Source: an uncultured Candidatus Saccharibacteria bacterium
Lineage (GTDB): Bacteria > Patescibacteriota > Minisyncoccia > Phycocordibacterales > CSBR16-119
Assembly: GCA_964581035.1 (NCBI GenBank)
Contig: CAZOLO010000001.1
Location: 7,190 to 71,189, forward strand
DNA length: 64,000 nt
Reading direction: 5' to 3'
This document shows positions 47,601 through 57,317 of this stretch, piece by piece. The first letter of the stretch is position 1. Every line of letters begins with the position of its first letter. A program made the translations under genes and the position numbers. The notes beneath the pieces are model-generated. The model searched no databases, was not told where the DNA came from, and saw only the letters and a program-made list of their open reading frames with translations.

Positions 47601-48091
47601 ATGTTGGAGGTGAACTTGAGTCAGTTCATTTAGAATCTTGGCCAGAATTAGTAATAAAAGGAAAAGGTGATGTTCTTGAGAACATGACAACAGTAAGAGA
47701 GGTTGTTAGGCTTGGGCTAGAAGCTAGGCAGAAAGCTGGTGTAAAAGTTAGACAACCTTTGCAGAAAATTCAAATAACAGAAAAGTTAGACCAAGAATAT
47801 CTAGATGTTATTGCGGATGAGCTAAATGTTAAAGAAGTATATATTGGATCAGATCTTGTACTTGATACAGTTATTACTCCAGAACTAGAAAAGGAAGGGC
47901 AGGCGAGAGAACTTATTCGAGAAATACAAAAAATGAGAAAAGAGGCTGGTCTGAACCCGGAAGACAAAATTAAGTTGAATATTCCAGAAGAATCAAAAGA
48001 TGTATATGAAGATTTCCAAGAGGAAATAAAAAACATAACCAATGTGATAGATGTTTCATTTGGTGGTGAAATTGTAATAGAAAAATTGTAA
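44687..48091 (+). CDS. ileS: isoleucine--tRNA ligase (IleRS2 type) with inserted histidine-phosphatase domain
   Basis: DGPPYATG, HYGH, GWDCHGLP, WTTTPWTLP, GTGIVH, SRSRFWGTP, WFDSG, DQTRGWF, KMSKR; insert with RHG and SHMG. Confidence 0.96.
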   Translation: MRNNEKEKSEVALREEAVLKFWKENDIFKKTLNKPSTEGEFVFYDGPPYATGLPHYGHLLPGTIKDVIPRYKTMKGFSVPRRWGWDCHGLPIENLIQKELDLPTKHDVAEYGIGKFNDAARASVLRYEASWKEYIPRVGRFVDMDYPYMTMTPDFMESIWWVFKTLHDKGLVYKGYKSMYVSPPLETVLSNQEVNMGGYKDVTDMSVTAKFTLKDGGHAGAHMLAWTTTPWTLPGNVLLAVGSDIKYNLVSLDGEKYVVGSELLEKVFEGKEYSVEGELKGSDLVGSTYEPVFPYYSNHENAFRVVPAGFVTTEDGTGIVHIAPGFGQDDLELGQKENVEPIQHVQMDGHFVPEIKKALVDEGYDVADWAVRNVKDHMHVDVEIVKYLAHHGKLFEKKKYIHSYPMCWRTDCPLINYATDSWFIDVQKIKENLIKNNKETNWVPQHVRDGRFGKWLEDVRDWSVSRSRFWGTPIPIWQNENTKEYKVLGSIEDLRKYSGDAITRVVFVRHGESIKNVENRMSSAIDKHPLTEKGDKVAHEAGEKLKDFNVDVIYSSPVLRAKQTAEIIGGSLNMDVVFDEDIIEISSGEWEEKTINEISDFDERADYLNMSIEDRYKAKRGKTGESWEDVEKRLKRFLDRVQKEHQGKTIVVVSHMGTNTMGMKILKSLTNHQVDAIYTNPRFTSHATPVSIHTYSETGLEVDLHRPFIDDIKLVDEDGSNLKRVEDVFDVWFDSGSMPYAQQHFMGGKDMPDRFPADFIAEGQDQTRGWFYVLSVLGTALFDKFPFKEVIVNGMVLAEDGKKMSKRLKNYPEIDVVLNKYGADALRLFLMASPAVHAEDVNFVEKTVSEVQSKVLGRLRNVVEFYKMYEKGEDAKNDSKNILDQWILSRLSETQTEMEKGLEGYEIDKGARPIFDFVDDLSTWYVRRSRDRFKGEGEDKKSSIETTRFVLREFSKLIAPYIPFVAEEVYKDVGGELESVHLESWPELVIKGKGDVLENMTTVREVVRLGLEARQKAGVKVRQPLQKIQITEKLDQEYLDVIADELNVKEVYIGSDLVLDTVITPELEKEGQARELIREIQKMRKEAGLNPEDKIKLNIPEESKDVYEDFQEEIKNITNVIDVSFGGEIVIEKL

Positions 48092-48104
48092 TCATAAAAG
48101 CTTT

Positions 48105-48530
48105 ATGTCACCAATAAAGAAAATAAAAAAATTACATCCAAAACTTCGAACCTACCATTTTGAAGAATTGTTTGTATTAGTGGCTTTAGTGGTTGTTGGG
48201 TTATTTTCGGGTAAGGGTCTAATTGAGTGGATTGGTGTAGCCGCTGTATTTTTTACATTTAAGCATACAATCATTAGTGAGAGACTTCAGGAGGCCGAAG
48301 CAGAAAGAGCTAGGGTTGAGGGTTTAGAATCTGTTACTGTTGAGTGTTACCCAAAGCTAGGTCAGAACTTTATTATTAAAGAATGTCTTTGGTTTGTGTA
48401 TTTTGCATTGCTTGGAGCTTGGTCTGCGTTGGCTGGAGTTATAATATTTCTACTATATCCAGTATGGAGAAAGTATTATCGAAAACATAACCCACTATCA
48501 GAAAGAAAGATTAGAAAAACTAATGTATGA
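48105..48530 (+). CDS. membrane protein
   Basis: Three to four hydrophobic segments; overlaps the fcl start. Confidence 0.7.
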   Translation: MSPIKKIKKLHPKLRTYHFEELFVLVALVVVGLFSGKGLIEWIGVAAVFFTFKHTIISERLQEAEAERARVEGLESVTVECYPKLGQNFIIKECLWFVYFALLGAWSALAGVIIFLLYPVWRKYYRKHNPLSERKIRKTNV

Positions 48531-49456
48531 AAAAAGATTCAAAAATTTATGTAGCAGGACATAATGGTCTAGTTGGTTCATCTATTGTGAGAGCCTTGCT
48601 TGCTAATGGGTATGTCAATATTGTTACAAGGTCTCACAAGGATCTGGATCTAGTTAATCAGGAAGCAGTAAATAATTTCTTTGGTGAAGAAAAGCCCGAA
48701 TACGTTTTTCTCGCGGCTGCAAAGGTTGGAGGGATTCATGCAAATAGCACTTATCCAGCGGAGTTTCTTTATGATAATTTGATGATTGAATCAAATATTA
48801 TAAGAGCAAGTCATGTTAATGGGGTAGAGAAACTTCTATTCCTGGGAAGCTCATGCATATATCCTAAATTTGCAGAACAGCCAATAAAAGAAGAAAGCCT
48901 TCTTACTGGACCACTAGAGCCTACAAATGATGCTTATGCTATTGCAAAGATAGCCGGAATAAAACTCTGTCAGTCATACATGAATCAGTATGGATCAAGA
49001 TTTATTTCTGTAATGCCAACAAATTTATATGGTCCTGGAGATAATTATCACCCAGAGAATTCTCATGTATTACCATCTCTTATTCGAAGGTTCCATGAAG
49101 CAAAAAAGAACGATTCTAAAGAAGTCATAATTTGGGGTTCTGGTAATCCACTTCGTGAATTTTTATTTGTTGATGATTTAGCTAGAGCCTGTATTTTTCT
49201 AATGAATAACTATGAAGAAGAGGGACATATAAATGTTGGTAGTGGTAAAGAAATTTCAATTATGGAATTAGCAAAACTAGTTTCAAGCACTGTTGGTTAT
49301 GAAGGATCTATTTCAAACGATGAAACTAAGCCAGATGGTACGCCCAGGAAGCTAATGGATAATTCTAAGATACGTTCACTTGGGTGGAGGCCAGAAGTAC
49401 CTCTTGAAGAGGGAATAAAAATTGCTTATAAAGATTTTATTGAAAATTATACTTAA
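48527..49456 (+). CDS. fcl: GDP-L-fucose synthase
   Basis: [51 protein letters not shown]. Confidence 0.95.
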   Translation: MKKDSKIYVAGHNGLVGSSIVRALLANGYVNIVTRSHKDLDLVNQEAVNNFFGEEKPEYVFLAAAKVGGIHANSTYPAEFLYDNLMIESNIIRASHVNGVEKLLFLGSSCIYPKFAEQPIKEESLLTGPLEPTNDAYAIAKIAGIKLCQSYMNQYGSRFISVMPTNLYGPGDNYHPENSHVLPSLIRRFHEAKKNDSKEVIIWGSGNPLREFLFVDDLARACIFLMNNYEEEGHINVGSGKEISIMELAKLVSSTVGYEGSISNDETKPDGTPRKLMDNSKIRSLGWRPEVPLEEGIKIAYKDFIENYT

Positions 49457-50034
49457 TGGCGTATCCAATTTATACAACCCCAGGATTTGTTTTAAGTTCG
49501 TATAAAATAGGGGAAGCTGACAGACTTCTTCAGATTTTTACTCGTGACTTAGGTGTGGTATTTGCAAAGGCTACTGGAATAAGAAAATTAAAATCTAAAT
49601 TACGCGGTCATGTTCAGGATTATAATTTGGGGTTATTTAGCATGGTTCATGGGAAGTCAGGTTGGAAACTTACAAATGGTGATGTTTATGAGTCTGGAGA
49701 ATACAGAAGTTTTAGTCTAAGACAGAAAGAGGTGTTGGCGAGAGTTGCTAGCCTGCTTCGCAGGCTGTATGTAGGAGAGGAACCAAACGAAAAGCTTTTT
49801 GAGACAATTATATCGTTTTTCTCTCATGAGATGTTTTTAAAAGAAGATAAGATTGGTGTTTTTGAGCTTGTTGTAGGGGTTAATATTTTAAGTCAATTAG
49901 GGTATGTGGGTGATGAATCCATAACATCGAATGTGGTTCAAATGGGTCATGAAATAGATTCTGACTTTGTTTTGGAAAATAAGAAGAAAATAATTTTAGA
50001 AATAAACAGTGCGCTTTCTGATAGTCAATTGTAA
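49456..50034 (+). CDS. recO: DNA repair protein RecO (short form)
   Basis: GEADR, IFTRDLG, AKATGIRKLKSKL OB-fold; LSQLGY. Confidence 0.85.
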   Translation: MAYPIYTTPGFVLSSYKIGEADRLLQIFTRDLGVVFAKATGIRKLKSKLRGHVQDYNLGLFSMVHGKSGWKLTNGDVYESGEYRSFSLRQKEVLARVASLLRRLYVGEEPNEKLFETIISFFSHEMFLKEDKIGVFELVVGVNILSQLGYVGDESITSNVVQMGHEIDSDFVLENKKKIILEINSALSDSQL

Positions 50035-50065
50035 GATGATATACTAATAACACGTTATATAATAT

Positions 50066-51937
50066 ATGGATAATCTAGATAAAAAACAGGATATTCTATA
50101 TGGCCACAAAGGTGTGTCAGATAGAAAGAGAAAGGGTGTAAAAAAGAATCGTGATCGAGATGTAAAGAAGGATTGGGGGTCAGCGAAATCTGAGTATAAA
50201 CCAAAAAAGAAGCGACCCATAGCTAAAACAATTTTTGGCTTTTCTTTGGTATTTTTTGTTTTTGCTGTTTTATTTTTAGCCTTTCAATTTATAACTGGTA
50301 ATGGAAATGTTTCAACAAAAAATGTAGACATAGATATTCTTGGCAACACTTTCACAGCAGGAGGAGAAGAGCTTCCTCTTCAGATTCAAATAACAAACAG
50401 AAACTCGGTTCCTTTAGAGTACAGTGATTTGATTATTGAATATCCTGATGGGGCAGGTGATAAGGTTCGGGAGAGAGTTTCTATGGGGACAATAAAGCAA
50501 AATGAAACAGTTGTAGAATCAAGAGATGTAGTTCTGTTTGGTCAGCAAGGCTCACTTCAAGAAATACAAGCCACTATAGAGTACAGAATCAAAGGTTCTA
50601 ATGCGATATTTTTTAAACCCTTGTCTCATTTTGTAACTCTTAACTCAGCCCCCATTGATCTTGCTGTTAGTGCAAACGGAAATGTTGTTTCTGGTCAGAG
50701 ATCTTCATTTACCATAAAGATAAGAACAAACAACTCTGTAACAACTCAAGACATCGGAGTTAAGGTTGAATACCCAACAGGATTTAGATTTGAAGAGTCT
50801 GATGTTGACCCAGTTTTTGGTGACAACATATGGCATCTTGGTGATTTGGCCCCAGGATCAGAAAAAGAAATTACATTTTCGGGTATTTTGTTTGGAGAAG
50901 AGCGAGATGAAAGAGCTTTTCGGTTCTTTGTTGGACCATATACAAACTTCTCTAATGCGGAATTAGCTCAAGTGTATAGTTCATACATACATACAGCGAC
51001 AATCAGCAAGCCTTTTATTGGGGCTCAGGTTTTGATTGCTGGAATAGAAGATGAAGTAGTTGCTATGAATTCTGAAGAATTAATTCCGGTGACTATTAAG
51101 TGGTCAAACAATCTTCCAACAAGAATTGATGACGTTGTTTTGGAGATAAAGATAGATGGAGACATAGTAAATGAATCGAGTATTCAGAGTTCAGGTGGTT
51201 TCTATGATTCAAATACTAGGACTTTACGCTGGGATAAGACAAACTATGGATCTTTTGCTTCTGTTCAACCAGGAACAAGAAGTAATATAAACTTTAGTTT
51301 AGCTTCAATTCCTTTGTATCAAGGCGGAGATCTTGCTAAAGATGAAGAGATTACCTTGTCAGTGTCAGTAAGTGGTAAAAAACCAACAGAAGGGGGATCT
51401 CTAGAGACTATAAAAAACTCTTCACAAAAAATAGTTAAAATAAATTCAGATCTCTTTGTTACAGCTGATGGATTTTTCCGATCAGGTCCATTTAATAACA
51501 TAGGGTCAATTCCTCCAGTAGTAGGTCAAGAGACGGAGTATACAATCATATGGTCTGTTACGAATTCAGCCAACTCTGTTTCTGGAGCTAAAGTTACAGC
51601 TATACTACCGCCTTATGTTGAGTATAAGAATCAGATTTCTCCAATCTCAGAATCTGTAATATTTAATCCAAACACCAGAGAGGTAACATGGAACATAGGA
51701 GCTGTTTCAAGGGGTGTAGGGCTTACACAATCAAGTAAGGAAATATCATTCCTTGTAGGTCTCACTCCTTCTATTTCTCAAGTAGGAAGCTCTCCTATAC
51801 TAATAAATAGCACAAGGATAACCGCTAGAGATTTATTTACAGATGAGACTCTATCTGACTCTAGTCGAGAGGTGACTACAAAAATAATTAATGACACGGG
51901 TTATGTGAGCGCGGAAAGTCGTGTTGTTGCACAATAA
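50066..51937 (+). CDS. membrane-anchored multi-Ig-like (DUF11-like) surface protein
   Basis: Basic N-tail, single TM, repeated beta-rich units (WHLGDL, TLRWD, VTWNIG). Confidence 0.75.
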   Translation: MDNLDKKQDILYGHKGVSDRKRKGVKKNRDRDVKKDWGSAKSEYKPKKKRPIAKTIFGFSLVFFVFAVLFLAFQFITGNGNVSTKNVDIDILGNTFTAGGEELPLQIQITNRNSVPLEYSDLIIEYPDGAGDKVRERVSMGTIKQNETVVESRDVVLFGQQGSLQEIQATIEYRIKGSNAIFFKPLSHFVTLNSAPIDLAVSANGNVVSGQRSSFTIKIRTNNSVTTQDIGVKVEYPTGFRFEESDVDPVFGDNIWHLGDLAPGSEKEITFSGILFGEERDERAFRFFVGPYTNFSNAELAQVYSSYIHTATISKPFIGAQVLIAGIEDEVVAMNSEELIPVTIKWSNNLPTRIDDVVLEIKIDGDIVNESSIQSSGGFYDSNTRTLRWDKTNYGSFASVQPGTRSNINFSLASIPLYQGGDLAKDEEITLSVSVSGKKPTEGGSLETIKNSSQKIVKINSDLFVTADGFFRSGPFNNIGSIPPVVGQETEYTIIWSVTNSANSVSGAKVTAILPPYVEYKNQISPISESVIFNPNTREVTWNIGAVSRGVGLTQSSKEISFLVGLTPSISQVGSSPILINSTRITARDLFTDETLSDSSREVTTKIINDTGYVSAESRVVAQ

Positions 51938-51963
51938 GCTATAGATAGAGTAGTATACAAGTT

Positions 51964-53346
51964 ATGGAACAAGATCAAGATTTAATGCAAAAAATAGTTA
52001 GCTTAGCTAAAAGGCGAGGTTTTATATTTCCTGGTTCTGAAATTTATGGAGGATTATCTGGTACATATGATTATGGACCTCTTGGGTCACAGTTAAAGAA
52101 AAATATAAAAGACTCTTGGTGGAAGAAGTTTGTGGAGTCAAGAGAAGATACTTATGGACTTGATGCAGCAATACTGATGAATCAAAAGGTTTGGGAAGCG
52201 ACTGGTCATGTTGATGAATTTCATGACATGCTTGTTGAAGATATCAAAACAAACAAAAGATATCGTGCGGATCACTTACTTGAAGATGCGGGGGTGTCTG
52301 ATGCTGATGGTATGTCTGCAGAGCAGATGTCTGAAAAAATTCAGGAGTTAGATTTGAAATCACCCGAAGGAAACCCTTTAAGTGAAGTTAAGCAATTCAA
52401 CATGATGCTTCAAACAAAAGTTGGGGTTACAGACGATGGGGGAACGACTAGTTATTTAAGACCAGAGACAGCTCAAGGTATTTTTGTAAATTACAAAAAC
52501 ATACTCGACACCATGAGCCCTAAAATTCCTTTTGGTATAGCTCAAATAGGTAAGGCTTTTAGGAATGAGATTACTCCAAAAGATTTTACTTTTAGACAGA
52601 GAGAGTTTGAACAGATGGAAATAGAGTATTTTATTAAAGAATCAGACTGGGAAAAACAATTTACTTACTGGGTCGAAGAGCAACAAGAGTGGTTTACTGG
52701 TATTGGTCTTGATGAGACCAAGCTCCATGAGCACGAGCATCCAAAAGAAGCATTGAGTCACTATTCTAAGAGAACAATGGATTGGAACTTTGATTTTCCT
52801 TTTGGAAGAAGTGAGCTATGCGGTCTTGCTTACAGAACTGACTTTGACCTATCAAGGCACGCTGAGGCTTCTAAACAAAAACTTCAGTACACAGATCCTC
52901 ACACTGGAGAGACTTTTGTACCCCATGTCATAGAGCCTTCATTTGGTCTAGATAGAACAATTTTGGCTTTACTGGTATCAGCTTATAGAGAGGAAAATCC
53001 AGGAAAAGAAGATGAAAGAGTCTATTTAGCCCTGAAGCCTTCTGTTGCGCCTGTTCTTTGTGCGGTTTCACCGTTGGTGAAAAATAAAGAAGATATAGTG
53101 GACAGAGCAAGAATGATTTTTGGAAAACTGAAAGCGGAATTCGGAAGAGTAATGTGGGATGATAACGGAAATGTAGGGAAGAGATATCGAAGACAAGACG
53201 AGATTGGAACACCATTTTGTATTGTAATTGATTACGAGACCATGGATGGAGAGGGTGTAACTATTCGAAATAGAGATACTGGAGATCAAGACAGGATAAA
53301 AGAAGAAGATCTTGTTGAGTACTTAAGAGAAAAATTCGAAGACTAG
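51964..53346 (+). CDS. glyQS: glycine--tRNA ligase, homodimeric (alpha2) type
   Basis: KRRGF, DYGPLG, YLRPETAQG, GKAFRNEI, REFEQME, PHVIEPSFG, YRRQDEIGTP. Confidence 0.96.
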   Translation: MEQDQDLMQKIVSLAKRRGFIFPGSEIYGGLSGTYDYGPLGSQLKKNIKDSWWKKFVESREDTYGLDAAILMNQKVWEATGHVDEFHDMLVEDIKTNKRYRADHLLEDAGVSDADGMSAEQMSEKIQELDLKSPEGNPLSEVKQFNMMLQTKVGVTDDGGTTSYLRPETAQGIFVNYKNILDTMSPKIPFGIAQIGKAFRNEITPKDFTFRQREFEQMEIEYFIKESDWEKQFTYWVEEQQEWFTGIGLDETKLHEHEHPKEALSHYSKRTMDWNFDFPFGRSELCGLAYRTDFDLSRHAEASKQKLQYTDPHTGETFVPHVIEPSFGLDRTILALLVSAYREENPGKEDERVYLALKPSVAPVLCAVSPLVKNKEDIVDRARMIFGKLKAEFGRVMWDDNGNVGKRYRRQDEIGTPFCIVIDYETMDGEGVTIRNRDTGDQDRIKEEDLVEYLREKFED

Positions 53347-53426
53347 AAAAACCGCCGAAAGGCGGTTTCGTTGACAGTGGCTGTCTGATGAGTAATATGA
53401 AAAGAAAAAATTAAAAATAAATACAC

Positions 53427-53780
53427 ATGCCGTTTGTGGAAACATATTACGATCCTAAATGGATTTCAGAGAAGCCTATGCGAGTGCTTATAGATGATAT
53501 TTCAAAATCGATAGCCTGGCGGCTATTAAAAAAGCGTGATTATAAAACCATAAGAAGGGTTAAAATTATATGGAAACCAAACCCTGAAAAATCAATTAAT
53601 ATGCCAAAGATTTTTATTAAAATATCTTCAGGCCATTTTAATAAAGACGCAAATTGTCCGTCAAAGGTTTTAGAATTAATAAAGTTTGATTTAAGGAAAA
53701 ATCCGGCCATTAAATCTTTGCCAGAAGATTCTGTCATTCTAAAGGCCGTCTGGGAAGATTCCCATGTTTTAAAATATTAG
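53427..53780 (+). CDS. hypothetical protein, possible tautomerase/MIF-like fold
   Basis: Own TTGACA promoter and terminator; Met-Pro start. Confidence 0.55.
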   Translation: MPFVETYYDPKWISEKPMRVLIDDISKSIAWRLLKKRDYKTIRRVKIIWKPNPEKSINMPKIFIKISSGHFNKDANCPSKVLELIKFDLRKNPAIKSLPEDSVILKAVWEDSHVLKY

Positions 53781-53897
53781 CTTTTCAATCACCAGTGTTA
53801 CTGGTGGTTTTTATTTTCCCACAAGTTTAATAAATATGAATCTAAAAATCTTTTTGCATGTTATTATATTAGTAGTTAATTAATATCTTCTTATATC

Positions 53898-55010
53898 ATG
53901 GCAACAAAAAAAGATTCTACAATTTCAATCAACATCACAACAGGGGCTATTGTAAAAGTTCTTGTCTTTGCTCTTATTGTTGCAGCAGTCTTTGCTTTGA
54001 AGGATCTTGTACTTGTTGTTATGACATCTATCGTTATTGCTTCTTTTGTCGGTAACGCAGCCACCGCAGTAGAGAAGTATAAACTAGGAAGAACCCTATC
54101 TGTGGTTTTGATATATACGCTTTCCATTGGTTTGTTAGCCGGTGTATTCTATTTGTTTGTACCAGTCCTGGTAGTTGAATCAGCGAATGTAATCGACGTT
54201 CTAGGAGAGTACCTCCCAGACTCAGAGACTATTAATAATATTAAAGAGAGTGTGGCCGCTGGAGCCAAGAGCTTCACAAGTCTAAGTTCAGGTAATATAG
54301 GAAGCCTTGTTAGTGACTCTGCTGGAGTAGCCTCAGACGTAAGTGCAAACTTCTTTAGTGCTATTTCTGCTATATTCGGAGGTATCTTGAATCTTATACT
54401 TATTGTGGTTATATCTTTCTATTTATCTATAGAGAAAGGGGGGATTGAGCACTTCCTTAGAATTGTTATCCCTCTCTCACATGAAGACTATGCTATAGGT
54501 CTGTGGAATCGATCTCAAAGGAAAATCGCTCTCTGGATGCAGGGTCAAATGGTTCTAGGTCTTCTTGTTGGTGTTCTTACATATTTAGGACTGTCTATTC
54601 TTGGTGTTAAGTACGCCCTAATGCTTGCTCTTGTTGCTGGAATTATGGAGCTTATACCATTTGGAATTATTCTAGCTGCTATCCCCGCAATATCTTTCGG
54701 TTACCTAGATGGGGGATTCACAATGGGATTTCTTGTTGCGGGATTCTACCTAATTGTTCAGCAATTTGAAAACTATCTTATCGCACCACTTGTTGTTCAG
54801 AAGGTTACAGGGGTTTCTCCTCTGGTTGTTATTTTAGCGGTTCTTGTTGGTACTCAGCTAGCTGGATTCTGGGGTCTTATATTGGCCATCCCTGTGGCTG
54901 TGGTCTTGATGGAGTTTGCTAGTGATATAGAAAACCAAAAGGTTGTCGCTAAGGTTGCCAAAGTAGCTCGTTCTGCGAGAAAGGTTGCAAAGAAGTCTAC
55001 TTCAGGGTAA
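53898..55010 (+). CDS. AI-2E (PerM) family transporter
   Basis: WMQGQ, ELIPF, QQFENYLIAP, GFWGLILAIP. Confidence 0.92.
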   Translation: MATKKDSTISINITTGAIVKVLVFALIVAAVFALKDLVLVVMTSIVIASFVGNAATAVEKYKLGRTLSVVLIYTLSIGLLAGVFYLFVPVLVVESANVIDVLGEYLPDSETINNIKESVAAGAKSFTSLSSGNIGSLVSDSAGVASDVSANFFSAISAIFGGILNLILIVVISFYLSIEKGGIEHFLRIVIPLSHEDYAIGLWNRSQRKIALWMQGQMVLGLLVGVLTYLGLSILGVKYALMLALVAGIMELIPFGIILAAIPAISFGYLDGGFTMGFLVAGFYLIVQQFENYLIAPLVVQKVTGVSPLVVILAVLVGTQLAGFWGLILAIPVAVVLMEFASDIENQKVVAKVAKVARSARKVAKKSTSG

Positions 55011-55019
55011 AAATGAAGT

Positions 55020-56486
55020 ATGTCAAAAAAACCATTTTATATAACAACAACTCTTCCATACTTAAACGCTAGCCCTCATATAGGTTTTGCGCTTGAGATT
55101 ATTCGAGCAGATGCTATTGCTCGATATAAAGATCTTATGGGCCATGAGGTGTTTTTTAATACCGGAACAGATGAGCATGGCCAGAAGATATACCAAGCTG
55201 CTCTAGATCAAGGAAAGGATCCTCAAGCTTATGTAGATGAAATTGCAAAAGAGTTCCAGGGACTTAAGGAGAAGCTTGGATTGTATAACGACATACATTT
55301 TGTCAGAACAACAGATGTTCACCACAAAAGTTCAGCTCAACACTTCTGGAAGATATGTGATGAGGCTGGATATATCTACAAGAAGAAATACAAAGGGCTT
55401 TACTGTGTTGGTTGTGAATTGTTTAAAACTGAAAAGGAGCTTATAAATGAAGAGTGTCCAGTTCACCCCGGTAAGAAGCCAGATGAGATCGAGGAGGAAA
55501 ATTATTTCTTCAAGTTTTCATCTTTCACAGATGATCTAATTGCTTTGTATAACGCAAGAGAAGATTTTGTAAAACCAGACTTTAGATATAACGAAATAAA
55601 AAACTTTGTAAAAGGTGGGTTGGAAGACTTTTCTATTTCACGAGTAAAAGATCGAATGCCATGGGGTGTTCCAGTTCCTGGTGATGAAGACCAAGTAATG
55701 TATGTTTGGTTTGACGCACTCACAAACTATATTTCTACTTTAGGTTGGCCAGAAGATTCTAAGACTTTTGAGAAATTCTGGGTAAATGGAACAACTCTTC
55801 AAATTGCTGGAAAGGATAATCTTCGTCAGCAGTCTGCTATGTGGCAAGCCATGCTTATGGCGGCAAACCTTCCTCCAACAGACAATATTATAATCAATGG
55901 ATTCATTGTTTCTGATGGTCAAAAAATGAGCAAGTCTCTTGGAAATGTAATAAACCCATATGACTTAGTAGATGAGTTTGGGGTAGATGCACTTAGATAT
56001 TTTATACTTAGGCATGTTGGACTGAGTGAAGACTCTGATGTAACTGTTGAGAAATTTAAAGACGCTTACAATGCAAATCTAGCAAACGGAATAGGGAACT
56101 TAGTAAGTCGGATTCTAAAAATGGTAACTAGCTACAGTGTAATTTTTGAATTCCCAGACAGAGAAGATTCCCTTGAAGAAATTCAAAAGGAAGAAAGTTT
56201 CCAGGAATACAGAGAAGCTTTGGAAAGTTACGACTTTAATAAAGCTATGGATTTCATCTGGAAAGAAGTGGGGGACATGGATGAATTCATTGCTAAAGAG
56301 CAACCATTTAAGAAGATAAAAGAAGATGAAGATACCGCTAAAGAGGATTTAGCAAAACTGCTTCTAAATCTTTGGTATGTTTCAATTCTTCTTGAGCCAC
56401 TATTACCGAACACAGCAGAAAAAATTCAAGAACATCTCGCAGAGCTAAAAATGCCAGAAGAGCCACTGTTTGTTCGAAAAGATTAA
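55020..56486 (+). CDS. metG: methionine--tRNA ligase (short form)
   Basis: YITTTLPY, HIGF, GTDEHG, CVGC...CPVH knuckle, YVWFDAL, KMSKS. Confidence 0.96.
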   Translation: MSKKPFYITTTLPYLNASPHIGFALEIIRADAIARYKDLMGHEVFFNTGTDEHGQKIYQAALDQGKDPQAYVDEIAKEFQGLKEKLGLYNDIHFVRTTDVHHKSSAQHFWKICDEAGYIYKKKYKGLYCVGCELFKTEKELINEECPVHPGKKPDEIEEENYFFKFSSFTDDLIALYNAREDFVKPDFRYNEIKNFVKGGLEDFSISRVKDRMPWGVPVPGDEDQVMYVWFDALTNYISTLGWPEDSKTFEKFWVNGTTLQIAGKDNLRQQSAMWQAMLMAANLPPTDNIIINGFIVSDGQKMSKSLGNVINPYDLVDEFGVDALRYFILRHVGLSEDSDVTVEKFKDAYNANLANGIGNLVSRILKMVTSYSVIFEFPDREDSLEEIQKEESFQEYREALESYDFNKAMDFIWKEVGDMDEFIAKEQPFKKIKEDEDTAKEDLAKLLLNLWYVSILLEPLLPNTAEKIQEHLAELKMPEEPLFVRKD

Positions 56487-56553
56487 CAAAAGCTCCGCAA
56501 GGGGCTTTTGTTGACTTTACTATCAATAATAAGTAGTATTTCTTTAAACAAAT

Positions 56554-57234
56554 TTGCACATGAAAATGTTTAAAAAGCTGGCTAATTACATATTGAATTT
56601 TTTTCAAGATGAAAAGCAAAAAAGTGAGCCAATAAGGGCTTCAATGCAATCACTCTGGTCATATTTGGTTGATCATAAAGAGAACTTATTTAACTCAGAG
56701 AATTTGGAGATCTTTAATGAGAGTTTTAATAAACTTAACGATTCCAGGGAAGAGATAAGAAAATTCAAAGGCGAATCAGAAAATATAATACTCGAAAGTG
56801 ATAAAGAGGTTGATCTGATTGTTAAAGATGAAAAAGCAAAGCCCACAGGCTATATCTTTGATTTAGGTGACCGAAAGTATCTCCGTGACTCAAGTATCGA
56901 GCTGCAAGGTTTTGCTGCTAAAGGTGCTACAAAGATTAGCCTAAAATGCTCTTTGATTTCATTAGAGTTAAGGCTTGTAGAATTTTGGGTTCAATCACTT
57001 GGTCAAGGTGTTGCTTTAATTGAACCTGGATATAAAGATTTTGCTGTAGTTAATGATTTAATTGCAAAAATTTTTTCAGAAACCAACTGTCTTCTGGAGT
57101 CTAAGTCATTGGATGACTTAAGTTTCGGTGAGGAGTATGCGGTAGATAATGCGATTTCTTTTTTCTCTTATGCTAACTTAGAAAATCAAGTTATTATCTT
57201 AAAAAAAATAAGAGATCCTTTGTTGATTGGTTAA
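56554..57234 (+). CDS. hypothetical protein
   Basis: TTGACT-N17-TAGTAT promoter (56511-56539) and own terminator; start may be ATG 56560 or 56566. Confidence 0.65.
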   Translation: MHMKMFKKLANYILNFFQDEKQKSEPIRASMQSLWSYLVDHKENLFNSENLEIFNESFNKLNDSREEIRKFKGESENIILESDKEVDLIVKDEKAKPTGYIFDLGDRKYLRDSSIELQGFAAKGATKISLKCSLISLELRLVEFWVQSLGQGVALIEPGYKDFAVVNDLIAKIFSETNCLLESKSLDDLSFGEEYAVDNAISFFSYANLENQVIILKKIRDPLLIG

Positions 57235-57317
57235 TTTAGAGTCCGGCAATTGCTGGGCTTTTTTATTTAATTGACCTATTTTACAGTTTGAGGTAATCTT
57301 TGGGAAAATTAAAAAAA

